From: Anthoceros angustus | Lineage: Eukaryota > Plantae > Anthocerotophyta | Direction of reading: 5' to 3' | Length of the DNA stretch: 64,000 nucleotides | NCBI GenBank assembly: GCA_010909165.1 | Contig: MU008202.1 | Location: 186,001-250,000, forward strand | In this document: positions 12,764-26,641 of the stretch, piece after piece | Numbering within the stretch: position 1 is the stretch's first letter | Layout of the letters: each line of letters begins with the position of its first letter | Program-made: the position numbers and the translations under genes | The notes under the pieces: generated by a model | What the model saw: the letters and a program-made list of their open reading frames with translations, nothing else | Told to the model about the DNA's origin: nothing | Database searches by the model: none

Positions 12764-14888
12764 ATGGTTCCAAGCGACCGGATTGTCACCCAGCTTCTCG
12801 ATCTGCCGGACGATGCCCTCCGCCTCGTCCTGCTGAAACTGAGCTTGGAGGATATCTGCTCGCTGGCCAGGACCTGCCGGCTGCTGCATGCTCACAGCAA
12901 TGATGACACGGTGTGGCTGCCCCGCTGCAAGGCCTGGGAGAAGGATGTGAATCTAGCAGATTGGCGGCGCTTTGTTTTCTCCACCAAGGCCCTCTACCGG
13001 CTGTTACGCTATTTCAGCAAGATCGTTGGAGTATGGAGTGCGCAGGAGCTTCGACCTCGCGGTGGCATTTTGTTCATTACTTGGGTCTGCCCTGATCTCT
13101 TTCTAAATGCCTTCTGGTGTCTCGACGCCTGTCTAGGCTAGGTTGGGCGGCGGACTAAGAGTCGAAGGTTTTGAACGCAGGGCAAGGGCAGGCTGGTTGC
13201 TTCTCGCGTTCTGCCGAAGGGGTCGAATTCCCGTGAGTGTTTGTCTTTGCACTTCTTGCCCCATCTGGTGCCAAGGTCTTTTTGGCGGCTAGTGTGACTT
13301 TTTGGTCATGTGTATGTGCAGGGGGTTCACTGTTGTTCAAAGAGACCTTGTTCATACGCCTGTTTGAGCTGGTTGGCTTGCCGGATGGCAGCGCAAAGAT
13401 GTTCCTCCTCTCAGCTAGAGCGGGCTGTGAGGTGGTCCGGTTGCCTGGTTGTTTGGTTTGGGGTTCTTCTGATACTAAAGACTCTTTCCATTTTGATATG
13501 TATGGGCTAGGCAGCGCTTCTGCCCAGGCAGACAGGGTAAGTGTGAGTGCCCCAGCTGCTGTTGGAGATGATTCTGGTGTTCTCAGATTCTGTGTTCGAG
13601 TTTGGAGGTGGTAACTGCTTCTTGTTCCCCCAGGAAGCTCTTGCGTCAGTTGGAAATGATGTTCACTCATCGGGAGAAAGGCAAACTTGTAGTGAGGCTG
13701 TTGACCTACGAACCTACTTGAGAGCACCGGCTACGGATGAAACGAGGCTCATTGACTCATTGCAGCAACGTTTTCTGATGCATAATATGGCTCACGGTGC
13801 TGAGCAGCAACTCATACAGATCCCTCAGCAGATGGAAAATGATGTGAGTTTGTTCAAGATCCTTGTCGAACATAGTGAAAACGTTATCAAGCCTTACTAA
13901 GAATCTCTTTGCATCCTCAGGGGCCAGCGAGCAGTGGGGGTAACAGGGCGATTCGTTATATGATGCGTCTAGCAACTCGAGGTATGAAGCCAATTGTGAT
14001 CATCATAAGTGTGGCAGCATGACTTTCTGATGCATGTATTGCGCTCTTGGAGCGAACATATTATTTAGATACTTTGATAAAGTGGCAGAGTGTTGCTTGG
14101 CAAAGATATTCTTTTGCTAGCTTGTTTTGTAGCTAGTAGATGAAAGGAGTGTCCGGTGCCGTCAAGGATCACCTAACTGCTATGCTTGCTTCAATAGGTG
14201 AACTTCAAGGTTCTTGCATCCGGGTCTGGCAGTCTCAATATGCCAGGCTCACCATTGGTGAGCCGAAGCCAGGACAGGAACTCAACGGCCTGTGGAGCGG
14301 AGTATATGGGCCACACGGGCTTGAAGTTGTGCGGGTCTCCTACAAGGATGATGAGATTGTGGCCACTAAGGTTCTTGGTACGTTATTTCATGGAGGAAGT
14401 AGAGTGCATGTCGTTTGGACCTGGTGCGTGACCGCAGCCAGGTCAGGCTAGCCTAGCTGCAATTATGTTCAGGAATTTGATGGCGTTTATGTTGGCCAGG
14501 TGATCCCAACGTACCTTGTGGGGCAGATACGTTCAAGGTGCGGATTGACACCATGACTAACAACGTTCCAGTGAGTATTCAGACACTCGCTGCTGCTCAT
14601 ATGAGTGGAGGAAGACCTCCAGAGCTTGTGAAGATGTAAGTCTACTTGAACCCATAAATGTCCAGATTTGTTGGCTCCATCAATTATCATGGAGTAGCAC
14701 CCACTGTAAGTGGTGCATTGCTTACGTGCAGGTACAGAGGTTTCGGGAGGATAGCTGATCACGACTTCACGAGCCCACAGTGGGTCGGTGGACGACTTTT
14801 GGTTGACAGTTCTGGGAACATTTCCTTCCTATGGGAGGATGCTGATTTTCTGATTCAGTTCCAACGGTTTGAACTTGAACGGATGTAG
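12764..14888 (+). CDS. F-box protein with C-terminal cyclin-D1-binding/DUF3506 domain (FBXO31-like), multi-exon
   Basis: F-box LLDLPDDALRLVLLKLSLEDICSLARTCR; C-terminal GLWSGVYGPHGLEVV..IVATKVLGDPNVPCGQ..YRGFGRIADHDFTSPQWVGGRL; GT-AG introns. Confidence 0.85.
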
Positions 14889-15199
14889 GAGTATTCTCTC
14901 GTGAGCTGCTGTGTGTATCTGTAGCAACCTCGTCTGTCACAGAGTCCCTCCTGATGGTAGTTGGTAAGCGGCAAAGTGTTAGCAGCAAGGGCCTCTGTCT
15001 TGGCGAGGTTTGTACATGTTGTAAATTATGCTTGCATCGTATTTAGTGTTGGGGTCTCTTGTTTGATGGTTGATCTCGCATGAAGGGGAGATGTACCCCC
15101 AGCGGATCTTTTTTCTGTCCTATCTTAACTCGCTTTCATTCATTGCCCGGTCGTAGTTAGAGAGATTTGGGTCTCAGGCCCCTCAGCAGAGAGAAATTT

Positions 15200-15560
15200 C
15201 TATTAGAGAATGCTGTTATCCACGGTACAGCCTTTATACAACTGCACTTCACCGCTTGAAACACTACCAGTGACAGCTTGCATACGAGACATATTTCTGT
15301 TAGAGAAGGCTGTCATCCGCGGCACAGAATCTGTGTACAACTGCACCTGACCGCTTGAAACACTACCAGTGACAGCTTGCATGCGAGATATATTTCTGTT
15401 AGAAGCTGTATACAACTGCACCTGACCGCATGAAACACCACCAGTGACAGCTAGCATGCGAGATAAATTCCTATTAGAAAATGCTGCCATCCGCGGTACA
15501 AACTCTGTATGCAACTGCACCTGACCGCTTGAAACACCACCAGTGACAGCTTGCATGCAG
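15200..15560. repeat. Four degenerate tandem units (periods ~99/75/99 bp) between convergent gene ends
   Basis: CAACTGCACCTGACCGCTTGAAACACYACCAGTGACAGCT at ~15238, 15338, 15413 and 15512. Confidence 0.9.
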
Positions 15561-15657
15561 TTCGCAAGATTCAACGTATCGTGGTTACTCTGGCAAGGAA
15601 TAACATCTCTCAGCCAACCATAGCGAATGCAAATGGACTAGGTTGACAAGTTCCCGT

Positions 15658-16528
<871 letters not shown>

Positions 16529-16883
16529 GGAGTCTCCTCGCTTCCGCTGAAAATCCTCGCAGCGGAAGTAGCGGGGACAATGAATTTGTGAGGTTACGAG
16601 GGACAGGCTCCACCTCGGCCCCCCGCGCGCGTGATGTGCTTGAAGTGTGCAGTCATATCCAGCGGAAACCTTCCTGTCTGCAGGACGATACAGTTGCTAC
16701 GGACGCTCAAATGCGGAACAGACCTGAACGCGCTTCTCAATTTTGAATCAGGTGCGAACTGGCAAAGGGGATGGAAACCTGGACAGTTTCAGTTGGCTTC
16801 TTGCATGCAGGAGAAGTACAAGTGCGGCAGGACTCAATGTGAGCCTCTCGATCGCTGGGCTGTATACAACATATGTACAAACT

Positions 16884-19347
16884 TTAAGTGCTGGAGGGCA
16901 AAACCAGACGGTCTGAACCTGTCACCATCTTCACGTCAGTGATGACATCTCCCGTTTTAAGCTGTGACAGAAGCTCTTTGCCTTTCGTCACGTACCTGCC
17001 CAGCGACAGGAGCTATCAGAGAACTGATCAGACACGATCTTCATGTTGCTTGGGTGATATGGAAAGATAGTTACCCAAAAACAGAGAACTGGCCCTCGTC
17101 AAATGAAAGCCCTCCCAAGCCAGCCTGCAAAGTCCCCAGAAAAGTATAGATCAGCCGAGTCCGAAAAGCTCAGATGCCCCAAAAAGGGGAGGCTTTAAAG
17201 GTAGGGTTTTACTCACACTTCGCTTGTCATACAGGTAGAAGAAGAACTGAGAGGGTGAAGAGAAATCCTCAGATTCAGGGTTATGCGCCATTGCTACAGC
17301 TCCGTAGACTGACAGGGGAAGCACTGGCAGTTCACCATCCTTCACAGCGAACCATATATACTTTTCAGTGTACCACGTTAATTGCAACCAAGAGCTGCAC
17401 AAGGTATACTTGAGTCAGCAGCTTACTTGCACACTTAGAGTCGTCCTGTACAATGGCTGGAATTCACCAGCTGGCAGTATCTCAATCGGTAGGGACCTGC
17501 CCACCGTGTTGTTAGCTTCGTTGTCTGTCAGAACAGCTTGCTCCGTACTCCTGAGCTTAATCCCATTGTATGCACCTTTCTGAACCTGAACCCTCCACAA
17601 GAAGTTCACGTCAAAAAGCCTTGCCAGCAGCATCCTACCTCAGAGACAAGTATCTCAGGGAACAGGAGGTCCTTGCATTACCAGTTCTGCGAAGTTGCCA
17701 GCAGTCAAGGGAGCCGAGTACCCATCTAGGACAACCTGTATCCTCCAAGGTAAGTAAAGTGACAACGAATGAGCTCGCAGAAATAGGAAAACGACTTCTG
17801 AAGCTCAAAGGAGAAAAACAGTGGTTGGCCACAACCTCGACAGTTCCCTCTTTTTGGAGCCCGCCACCAGCAGATACAGTGAAACCCGACCCATCACCTT
17901 TTGACACAGTTAATGCAACAGTAGCCCGGCCTGTCAACCTGCGCACATTCAAATTCTTCACGTAACTGCATTTCAGCTGATCAGCCTGCAGATGATGAGA
18001 GAAAACTACCACACATCTCACCTTGGAAATTCCTGATACTGTGCTGGTAATAAGAAGGGCAAACCTGGTGCCTGCAAAGGAACCCGCCACACAGGTGATC
18101 CTTCATGATTTCGAACTACTGATATTGGTAAACCACTTGAAGCAGAGAGCGCTACCTGAAGAGTTTCTAACTCAGCTATGATCTCCAGTGCATTGGCAAG
18201 CCTGATTGACACTTTGTCAGGGTCCTTGGCATCAATTGCTTGCAGTAAATCTGTGAGACTTGTGTTCTGTAGACAAAGCTCCACTGAGTTAACAGTGGAA
18301 CATGGACTGACATGTAAAGCAGACTCCCCCAGTTCCGTGCTTGATCAGGCTGTTTGTCCAGATCATAACACACTGCCCAGCCAGATCTTCATTCGATCAT
18401 ACAGAAACAGAAACTTCCAATGGTGAGTTGTGTTACCTTTCCGTCAATCAGACTGTTGTAGAGCTCAACACCCCGGGCTTTCTGGTCTGCAGGTACAGCA
18501 GCCAAAATTGCCCCTTTTTCATCTGTTGCCAACTGCCACAAAGTTACAGATGAATGCGTATATGGAAGTCAAGAATGTGCCCCGAGATGCCCAAACAAGG
18601 CGTGTACACCGGCTTACCTTGAGAGCCTTTTTCACATCTGACTCCATAGTCCCATAGGGCTTTCTTTGAGGTATACGGAGCAGGTAAAAAATATCTTCCA
18701 AAGAATCCTGTCAGTCCGCAAGGCCGATCAGTCGTTAAACCCATGGCTGATGCCCATCACCTGTGCACCTTGAATGACTTCACACACTGACCTGTATTTT
18801 CTTCATCGACAAATTCACGGCAGGAATTGCTCTCCGCAGAGCAACCTCTGGCGATCTCGGCACCTTGGTATCGGGGGAGTAGAGTACTGCTTCCGCAGCC
18901 GGTGGCCTCAGGACGTCCATCATCCCGTCAAGCGGAACCGGTGCTGTTGCTTGAAGCAAAGCCACGACCATTGCCACAGCGCGCCCAACAGCCTGCCTGC
19001 TCCACGACTCTGGCTTCTCTACCAAAAACGATGTCGACACCTCCGTTTCCGCAACATCACTCTACCGATGCAACAAAACACGTCAACATGAGCTGAAGCC
19101 AGGGACCACCACCAGCCCCAGCCCCAGCCCCAGCCCCAACCCCAACCCCAGCACCCACACTCCGGTAGGAAGAAACCTGAGAAACAGCTGAGCACCTCCA
19201 CCTCTGAGTCACAGCTCTGCATCCAAGCTTGCATCCAGCATTCCCTGCTGCAAACGCCTCTTCTCTGAAACAAGCTCTCCGCTGGCCCTTCACAAGGGAA
19301 ACGGCAGGGCAGAACGGGGACGACAAGGGCAGCACTGACGACACCAT
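16884..19347 (-). CDS. CYP37: Thylakoid-lumen cyclophilin CYP37-like, many exons
   Basis: Transit-like N-terminus; AEA|VLYSPDTKVPR..ALRRAIPA; EDIFYLLRIPQRKPYGTMESDVKKAL; LPLEI-like SLPIEILPAGEFQPLYRT; LPVLPLSVYGAVAMAH; SQFFFYLYDKR; stop TAA at 16884-16886. Confidence 0.9.
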
Positions 19348-19968
19348 CACGTCGATGAGGATGCACACGATGACACCCACCCAGTCGACCCACTTCACCA
19401 ACCTCCCGCGCAATGCATTTTACTGCACTGCCGCGACGGAAGGTTAGAAGAGACGACTGGCAAGCTGAAACCAAGACGACCAAAGGTCTATCTGTCCCTC
19501 AGATTCTTTCATTGCCCTCCTCTCCAGGCTCTTCCTTGTGATACAAAAAATGTGTCTGTATATACTGAGAGCAGCACAATGTACTGGGAGCCCACAAAAA
19601 TGAGGCTGACCCTCGGCTTACCTTCCACAATCGGGCAGACGGGATCATCCTCCAACGGTCTCGCCGCTGGCTCCAACAGTTTGTTTCGGATAAGCTCCGA
19701 GCTCCCAGCCTCAAGCTAAAGACAGCGCTAACAGCACGCCTGTGCGAAGGAGTTACGAGGATGAATCGTAACAGGGTGCCCTAGGGGCTCTCTCTCTACA
19801 CACTCTTTCTACTCTTCACTGGTCGTCAAGTCTCGTCTCGTCTCGTCTGCTGCGTGTCTATCTATGTACATTCACACTGTCCGTCCGTCCGGAAGGTAGG
19901 CAAGAAAGTCGATGCTACCCGTGCGGTTGGTTTTGTGGGCGATAGAGCGTGACGATCCGATGCGATTC

Positions 19969-21340
19969 TCACACGGCGACGACGCAGCAATGGCTGCAGA
20001 GATCCTTGGCCTCGTAGCAGGGGCGGCGGACGGGGTCGATGCAGGTCCAGGGCTTGGACCCGGGCGGGCAGTCGAGGTGGAAGACGTCGATGGTGTCGAG
20101 GCAGCCGAGGGGGTCGGAGGGGATGCGGTAGCCGCCGATGAAGTAGAGGTTGGAGGCGATGGCGGCCATGGTGAGGAAGCAGCGGTGCGCGCCCTGGAGC
20201 TCCTCCTGCTGCCGCATTCGGCGGTGGGAGCCCTTCACTTCCTTCCACATGTTCACCTGTTCGTCGTACATCTCGATGCGGCCCTTCCAGAGCTGCAGCA
20301 GGTCGCCGGAGCTGTAGAATTTCCCCTCCAGGCTTACGATCTGGTTGGGCGGGATGTCGAGCTGCCACATCCCCTTATGCAGCTCCCATCGCCGCGTATC
20401 CGGATGAAACACGTCCACGGAGCTCCTGTCGATGGTGAAGACACACTCGGCTTGGCAGCCTTCCGGGGCCGCGAACCCGCCAATCACATGCACCTTCTGG
20501 TCGACGGTGACGCCCACGCACCTGTACCTCCCGTGCTCATGGCGGGCAGCGCCTCCCATCGATCCTCCTCCGGGTAGTACACCTCGGCGCTCGCCACGCC
20601 CTGCTCGACCCCGGCCTGCCATCGCCCCCCGGCCACGTAGATGAGCCCCCCGGCCACTGTGCAGGCAAAATCCACCCGGGGCGTGCCCATGCTCGCGCAC
20701 TGCGTCCACTCCCCCGTGGTGCAGTCCAGCGAGAACACCTCCCTGCGCATCTCCACGTCCATCTCCACGAAGCCGTTCTGGTTGGGGCTCCTGTGCGAGG
20801 GGTCCATCTGCTTCGTGCACAGCCGACCCCCTATCACGTACAATCGCTGGTGCGTGGACACGAAACCGAATCCTGTCACCCAATGGCGTCAGCCATGGCA
20901 ACGCTACTGAGCTAAAAGAAGGTCTCTCTGGAAAACAGCGACGACTCACCTTTGAGGATCTCGCAGGGGCGGAGGCCCGGGATGGTGCCCATTGGGTGCC
21001 AGACGTTATGCTTGGGGTCGTATGCGGTCACCCAGACGTTGTGCATCCAGGCCGGGAGGGGCGGGGCGGCGGGCGGGAGCGGAGCGCCCCACGGGCACCG
21101 GCGGCAGAAGGAGAGGTAAATCCACGTCTCCTGCAGGCCCAGCCGGCGGCGGAGGCGGTAGAGCTCACGCGACGATAGAGCGCGCCTCCAGGCGCGGCTG
21201 ACGCGCCTGAGGGCCGAGTGGGACGATCTGGGGACGTGCGCCAGGCAGCGCAGCGCCAGAGCCGCGTCCTTCAAGCCCGGGATGAGGCTGGGCGCCCCGC
21301 TCGGGTCCGGGCTCTCCATCGACTCTCCTGCTGCGACCAT
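19969..21340 (-). CDS. F-box/kelch-repeat protein, 2 exons (21340-20950, 20872-19969)
   Basis: LIPGLKDAALALRCLAHVP F-box; kelch GG/W motifs (LYVIGG, IYVAGG, VHVIGG, LYFIGG); the kelch portion shifts frame near 20535 in this assembly. Confidence 0.85.
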
Positions 21341-21687
21341 GCCGTCTGCATCGGCTGGGCTGGGCTTGGAGAGCGCGGTGCAAAAGGAGTGGACACGCTT
21401 GCCTCGTGGCTATTCTCAGCTGCCCTGCTTGCTTCGCTTCCATCGCTCCTCCGATGGACGCACCAAGGTGCCGTTTGTCGTTACAGATCCGCCTCACCTT
21501 GTCCGCCCAAACGGACACATCAACCACGGTATCGAAAAAACCGACACATTACATGCACTCCAATTTGACGAACAAATTAGGTACTCCAGTTATAATACAG
21601 CGATGGTCAGTGAAGGGGGGAGTATGGTATCTGAGTACATATTAGGTGCATGGCGCAAACAGAGAAGAATACCTAGGTCTAGGGCAA

Positions 21688-21855
21688 CTGAGACTAGGTA
21701 CAATCCATGGCATCTGGGACTAGAGTCCATGGGAGCTGAGACTCTAGTCCATGGGAGCTGAGACGAGAATCTATGGGAGATGAGACTAGAGTCTATGGCA
21801 GCTGAGACTAGAGTCTATGGCAGTTGAGATAAGAATATATGGTAGCTGAGATTAG
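21688..21855. repeat. 22-bp minisatellite (CTGAGACTAGAGTCYATGGSAG), about 7 units
   Basis: Period 22 read directly (21736, 21758, ...). Confidence 0.9.
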
Positions 21856-22040
21856 GTCAAAGCAGCTGCTACTTTGGGGGACTTCCGCCTTCCACAAGCA
21901 CTTGGCAATGAGCCGATAATCGCCTGAAGCGAGAAGGCATCGCATGCACCTGCTTCAGCCTGCAACGCTCGTTTTCAGCTTGAGGAACAACCTACTAGAC
22001 AAACGTCACCTGCCTTGACCAAGCTCTTGATGGTTTTTTT

Positions 22041-25000
22041 CTACCCGATCGTCGAGGCTACCGGAGCGTCTGTCACTGGGAGAGCAGCTGGCTTTGTTCT
22101 GCGAGTGACGGTCATGTGCAAGCCCTCTGAAGTGTGGATGGTGGCTCCTGTCGTCATGCCAACCTGATGCAAGAGGCGAGATAAGAAAACAACGAATCAC
22201 TTACTTGATAACAGTGATCACCAGAGCAGCATCACCAAGAGGAATCCTCGCGACAAAGCAACACCAACGATCTCACTTACTGCAGGAGCTCCAGGGGTTA
22301 GCTCAAACTGAAACCGTCGGGACAGCAGAGCAACGGCGGTGATGTTCTGCAGGTTATTGCCATGCATGGATGAGCGTTGTTTCAGGAGCCAGGACGGCAG
22401 GGTGGAGTACAAAGTAAGGTTCCACACTTCGTACCTCAAACGTTGCAAACACATCACCCACACATTTACGAGGGCCTCCTCCAAAAGGCAAGTACCTGCA
22501 CACGATAAGATCCATTATGAACACAATGGCAACAAATTACCGGAACATTTCTACGAAGGCAACTTCAGATGGTTACCGGAAGTTCTGAGTAACCTCAGTT
22601 GGATCAGGCCCATCCACTGCCCATCTTTCTGGCCGGAACTCGTCAGGCTCATCCCAAAGACGTGGATCGCGGTGCAAATTCCACACAGATATGAAGATAT
22701 CCTCCCCTCTGCACAAACGAAGCACACATACCTGTTGTGACTAGACAGCCAAGGCTTCATATACAAATTAAGGGCCATTCGTGAGACACATACGGTCCGA
22801 TCTCATATTTGCCGAGCTTGTCATTTTCCAGTGATCGTCTGATCAGCACAGGTGGTTGTGGGTATAGCCGCATGGACTGATGGTTGTGCGAAAACGGTTA
22901 GCAAACAAGAAAGCACAAAAGTGATAGCACGTCAGGTTGCACCTACACGAGATTTAGTGGGAAGGTATGTACGTGCATACCTCATTGACCACTCTGGTTG
23001 TGTACTTCAATTTTTTCATATCATCTATAGTTGGTAACCGATCACCTAGCACAACATCAACCTGCAAGGAGTATTCTAATAAGCCAACAACCACCTTTCA
23101 TTTGCGAGTTTATCACCTACCAAAGCTATGAACTCACTCAAGAGCAAACGCAGCAACTGACAAGCATTCATGTGCTTTACCTCTTGCTGCAGCTTCGCAG
23201 TCACGCTTGGGTTCTGTGGAACAGACAATAGAGGCAAAACCCTCAGAAAGAAAATCAAGACTTCCTTTCAAGCCAGCATATGCATGAACAAGTTTGTTAC
23301 CTTTGCAAGGAGGTAGAACGTCCAAGTAAGAACAGCTGCAGATGTCTCATGCCCTGCTATCAGAAGTGTCATCAAGTCATCGCGCAACTGCTTGCTTGTA
23401 ACCTGCTTAACAATTCCGAAGACTTTTCATTTAGCTGACTGCAGGGAGTCACTCCTCATTTCTGAAGGGTAGGTCTGTACTTACATCATCACCAGATGCC
23501 AACAAAAAGTGCAGTATACTTGGATCACGCTCACTGACGTACTCCTCGTGAAAGCTCACGTCCTCCTCATCAACGATTCTCTGTTACCATGTACGTCAGA
23601 TTGAGAAGAGGCCGGGGGTTTAAGAACAAGCATATCTGCAAATGACCTGTGTCCAGAAAAACTGACAGATGACACAGTACACACCTTACACGTGTCAATG
23701 AGAAAGTCCAGTGTTTCATTGATCAGCTTCAGAGAGGCTTGCACCTTCTGTTGGCGTGGTGAAAGAGCAGCGAGAGGAGGGATTTTCCAGTACGGAAACA
23801 AAGCTGTGCTCCGCATCTCTGATTCTCTTAATGCTACGTACACTGCCTATGAAACGAACATGTCTTGAATTAGGGGAGGTCAGTTAAGAACCTGCAACTG
23901 AAATACTGGGATGCCACCTAATGTCATTTACCTCAACAATGCCCGTATCATTTGAAAGAGAGTCAAACTCATAGTTGAACACAGCCTTGCCAATCACATC
24001 CAAAGTGAACCGGGAAAACAATGACTCCATCTCTACATCCCCGCCTTTAGCTGCAGCGACATCAAGCTTCTTGCAGAGATTCTCGGTTGCGGCTGAAAAG
24101 AGGTCAACCATCTTGACCACAAACTGAAGACCCAACTAGACCTTGTCAGTTGTCACAGCTCAAAGGGAGCAAAAGCACGGAGGAGTGACCAATCGGTCGG
24201 GGACACTAACAGTGCGTAGCCCTACTAACCTTCCTATGTAGAGATGGAACGATTGCCCGCCTGCGCACTTTCCACACCTCGCCATCTGCTGGGATAAGAC
24301 CTTGGCCCATGACAAAGTCTAAGATTTCTGCAAGAATACCCTACAAAAGAGAAGCTGACGTTAGTGTCCCAAGTCCACACCATGGCACCAGAACAGGTCA
24401 GCAGCAAGAACACCCCAACATATCCTATCAAGGGTGTTGTATGAGGTCTGCCTATCCTCCCAGACCACAAACGGCAAGTCACCTTGGAGTAAGCCTTGGA
24501 ATTGTCCTTGAGCAGATGCTTCACATTATCTGGATCTGAGACAATAACGAATGACTGGAAATTTGACCAAAGAAATCAGTGAAGGAGCACCAGAAAAAGC
24601 AAGAGTTCTTCTATCCCAAGTGAAACATGTTCGAGGTACAATGCGAATGGAGGTACCCTCGACAGTGAGAGAGCTCAGATGATACCTTGAAAGGTCCAAA
24701 CGCCAGCCTGAACGGTGAGCCATAGGTCTTGAAAAGATTATACAGTGGAACAAAAAAAGGTTGGCCCACAATGCTGCTAACTTGGCCAGCTGCCTCAGGC
24801 ATTTTCTTCGATGCCTCTCTTCTCCAGTCCCTCTCCAACTCCGCCAAATATCTAGCCAGTGCACGTCCGGGAGGTCCAGCATTCACCACCACGGACCGCA
24901 GATCTTGCAGGAAAACATACCTGCCATCAAATACTGGTGAGTACTAAAGCTTCCAGTCCTTCCTTTGGCAGTTCCAAACCGGCGAATGGCTCACCTGTCT

Positions 25001-25480
25001 GCCCCAGTCTTGGTGAACTCCCCAGACAGAATCCGATTATTGATCTCAGCCTGTTTCAGTTCCAACAACTCTCGTTCCAGACTCTCACCTGTTTCATCCT
25101 CCTCCGTACTGCCGCGCTTCCTGCCATTCCCATTCCCAATGGCCGAGACGATCCAAAGTGATTTGGATTTGTCTGCAATAGAGACAGGAAGGTGGTGCAG
25201 TCAGATCACATCCGTGCTACTCTGCCTGTCAACCTCATCCAAGCTCCAGCAGCAGGAAACAGAGAAGCGAGCTGGGCCCTGACGTACTTCTGGATAGCGG
25301 GATTTGGGAAATCCTCAAGTCAAGATCCACTGCCCCAATTTTGGGCTGCTGCCCGAATCCCACCTGGTGCCTCCCAGAGAGCAGAGCAGCTGCTCTGCCA
25401 CCGCCAGAGTCGGTCAGGGACTGGCAGCCGGTGACCGCAGCTGCAGAGGAGCGGCAGGCGGCGCTGCTTGCTGCAGCCAT
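22041..25480 (-). CDS. CYP97A: Cytochrome P450 CYP97A (LUT5-type carotenoid beta-ring hydroxylase), many exons
   Basis: [68 protein letters not shown], heme motif [23 protein letters not shown]; stop TAG at 22041-22043. Confidence 0.93.
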
Positions 25481-25790
25481 GGCTGGTGCTGCGTTCTCTG
25501 GTCCAGCAGAGAACTTGTCACCAGCGGAAAGGAGCGAGCCGCCCTTCTCTCGGTTGGCACGCGCCGCCCATCAGCTGCTGCGTTGCTGACGGGGCAAAAA
25601 TTCCTGCCTTCCCGCCAGTGCATTACAAAGATAACAAACAAACGGCCATCGAGGCATTTCAGGCATAAAGAAGAGCGTGTGATGCTCTTGAGCTTGCCGA
25701 CGCACATCGTGATCGCTGATTCTCGCTGCAAGAAAACAATTACTACAGTACCAGCTAGTAGCGGCGGCTTTTAGGAAAGGCAGATGCTCT

Positions 25791-26040
25791 GCTGCCTAGG
25801 GCCGCAACCCTCCTCCTGTCGATGTACATACGTAGAAACTTCCCGGTAATCCCCCTACATTGATGCTTTGCTGCCTAGGGCCGCAACTTGCAACCCTCCT
25901 CCTGTGCGTGTTGGTACTTTCCGTCCCGGTCATTCTCCTACTTTGATGCTATGCTGCCTAAGGCCGCAACTTGCAAGCCTCCTCTTGTGCGTGCTGGTAC
26001 TTCCCGTCCTGGTCAGTCCCCTATATGCTTTCGTGTCCTG
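25791..26040. repeat. Three ~80-bp degenerate tandem repeats
   Basis: GCTGCCTARGGCCGCAAC...CCTCCTCYTGT at 25791, 25870 and 25953. Confidence 0.85.
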
Positions 26041-26049
26041 TTTCCCGTT

Positions 26050-26300
26050 AATCAAGAACCTTCCTTGATCCCGTCACTCCCATCAAGATTCTCGTCCAGT
26101 TGTCTTGCAGACGAGGAAAATCAGGTACCACGTCCATCGTTCTCAACTCGTCCTGTGCTATGCGGAACAAGGCTGAAGGTGGGAGAACCATCAGACCGCC
26201 AAGACCAGCTCTGGATCTTGATTCAAGGGAAGAAGAAGGAAGTCAGGTAGAGGCTATCATTGGACATGCTGCACGACGGGGTGGCGTTTACACTGGTGAT
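26050..26300 (+). mobile_element. Possible Ty3/gypsy chromovirus integrase-chromodomain relic
   Basis: RPPRPALDLDSREEEGSQVEAIIGHAARRG resembles the PPP..EEEyEVEAIL.H..RRG chromodomain start. Confidence 0.35.
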
Positions 26301-26641
26301 CTTTTCTATTGCATTTCCATCAGGAAGGAGATTACAGATGGTAATAGAACTACAACTACACTACAGCAACTCGTACAACAAGGGCGATATGCGTGCCTGT
26401 AGTGTCTACATGAGAACACTGCGTCCTGTGATGTGAACTTGCGAAGTGCTCCACAGGAAGGTTTCAAGTCCTCCCAAAGAATGAGGTGTCCTCTGCTAAG
26501 AGTTGGAAGAAGGACGAAGGATTTCTCCGCTAGCAAGGTTTCTCGCCTCACCCCGCTTGCAGGCTTGCTCAAGTTCAAGCTCGGAATTTCCGATCTTGCG
26601 CAATGTGGCTAGTCTTCACACTTTCAAAACATGGCTCGCCT

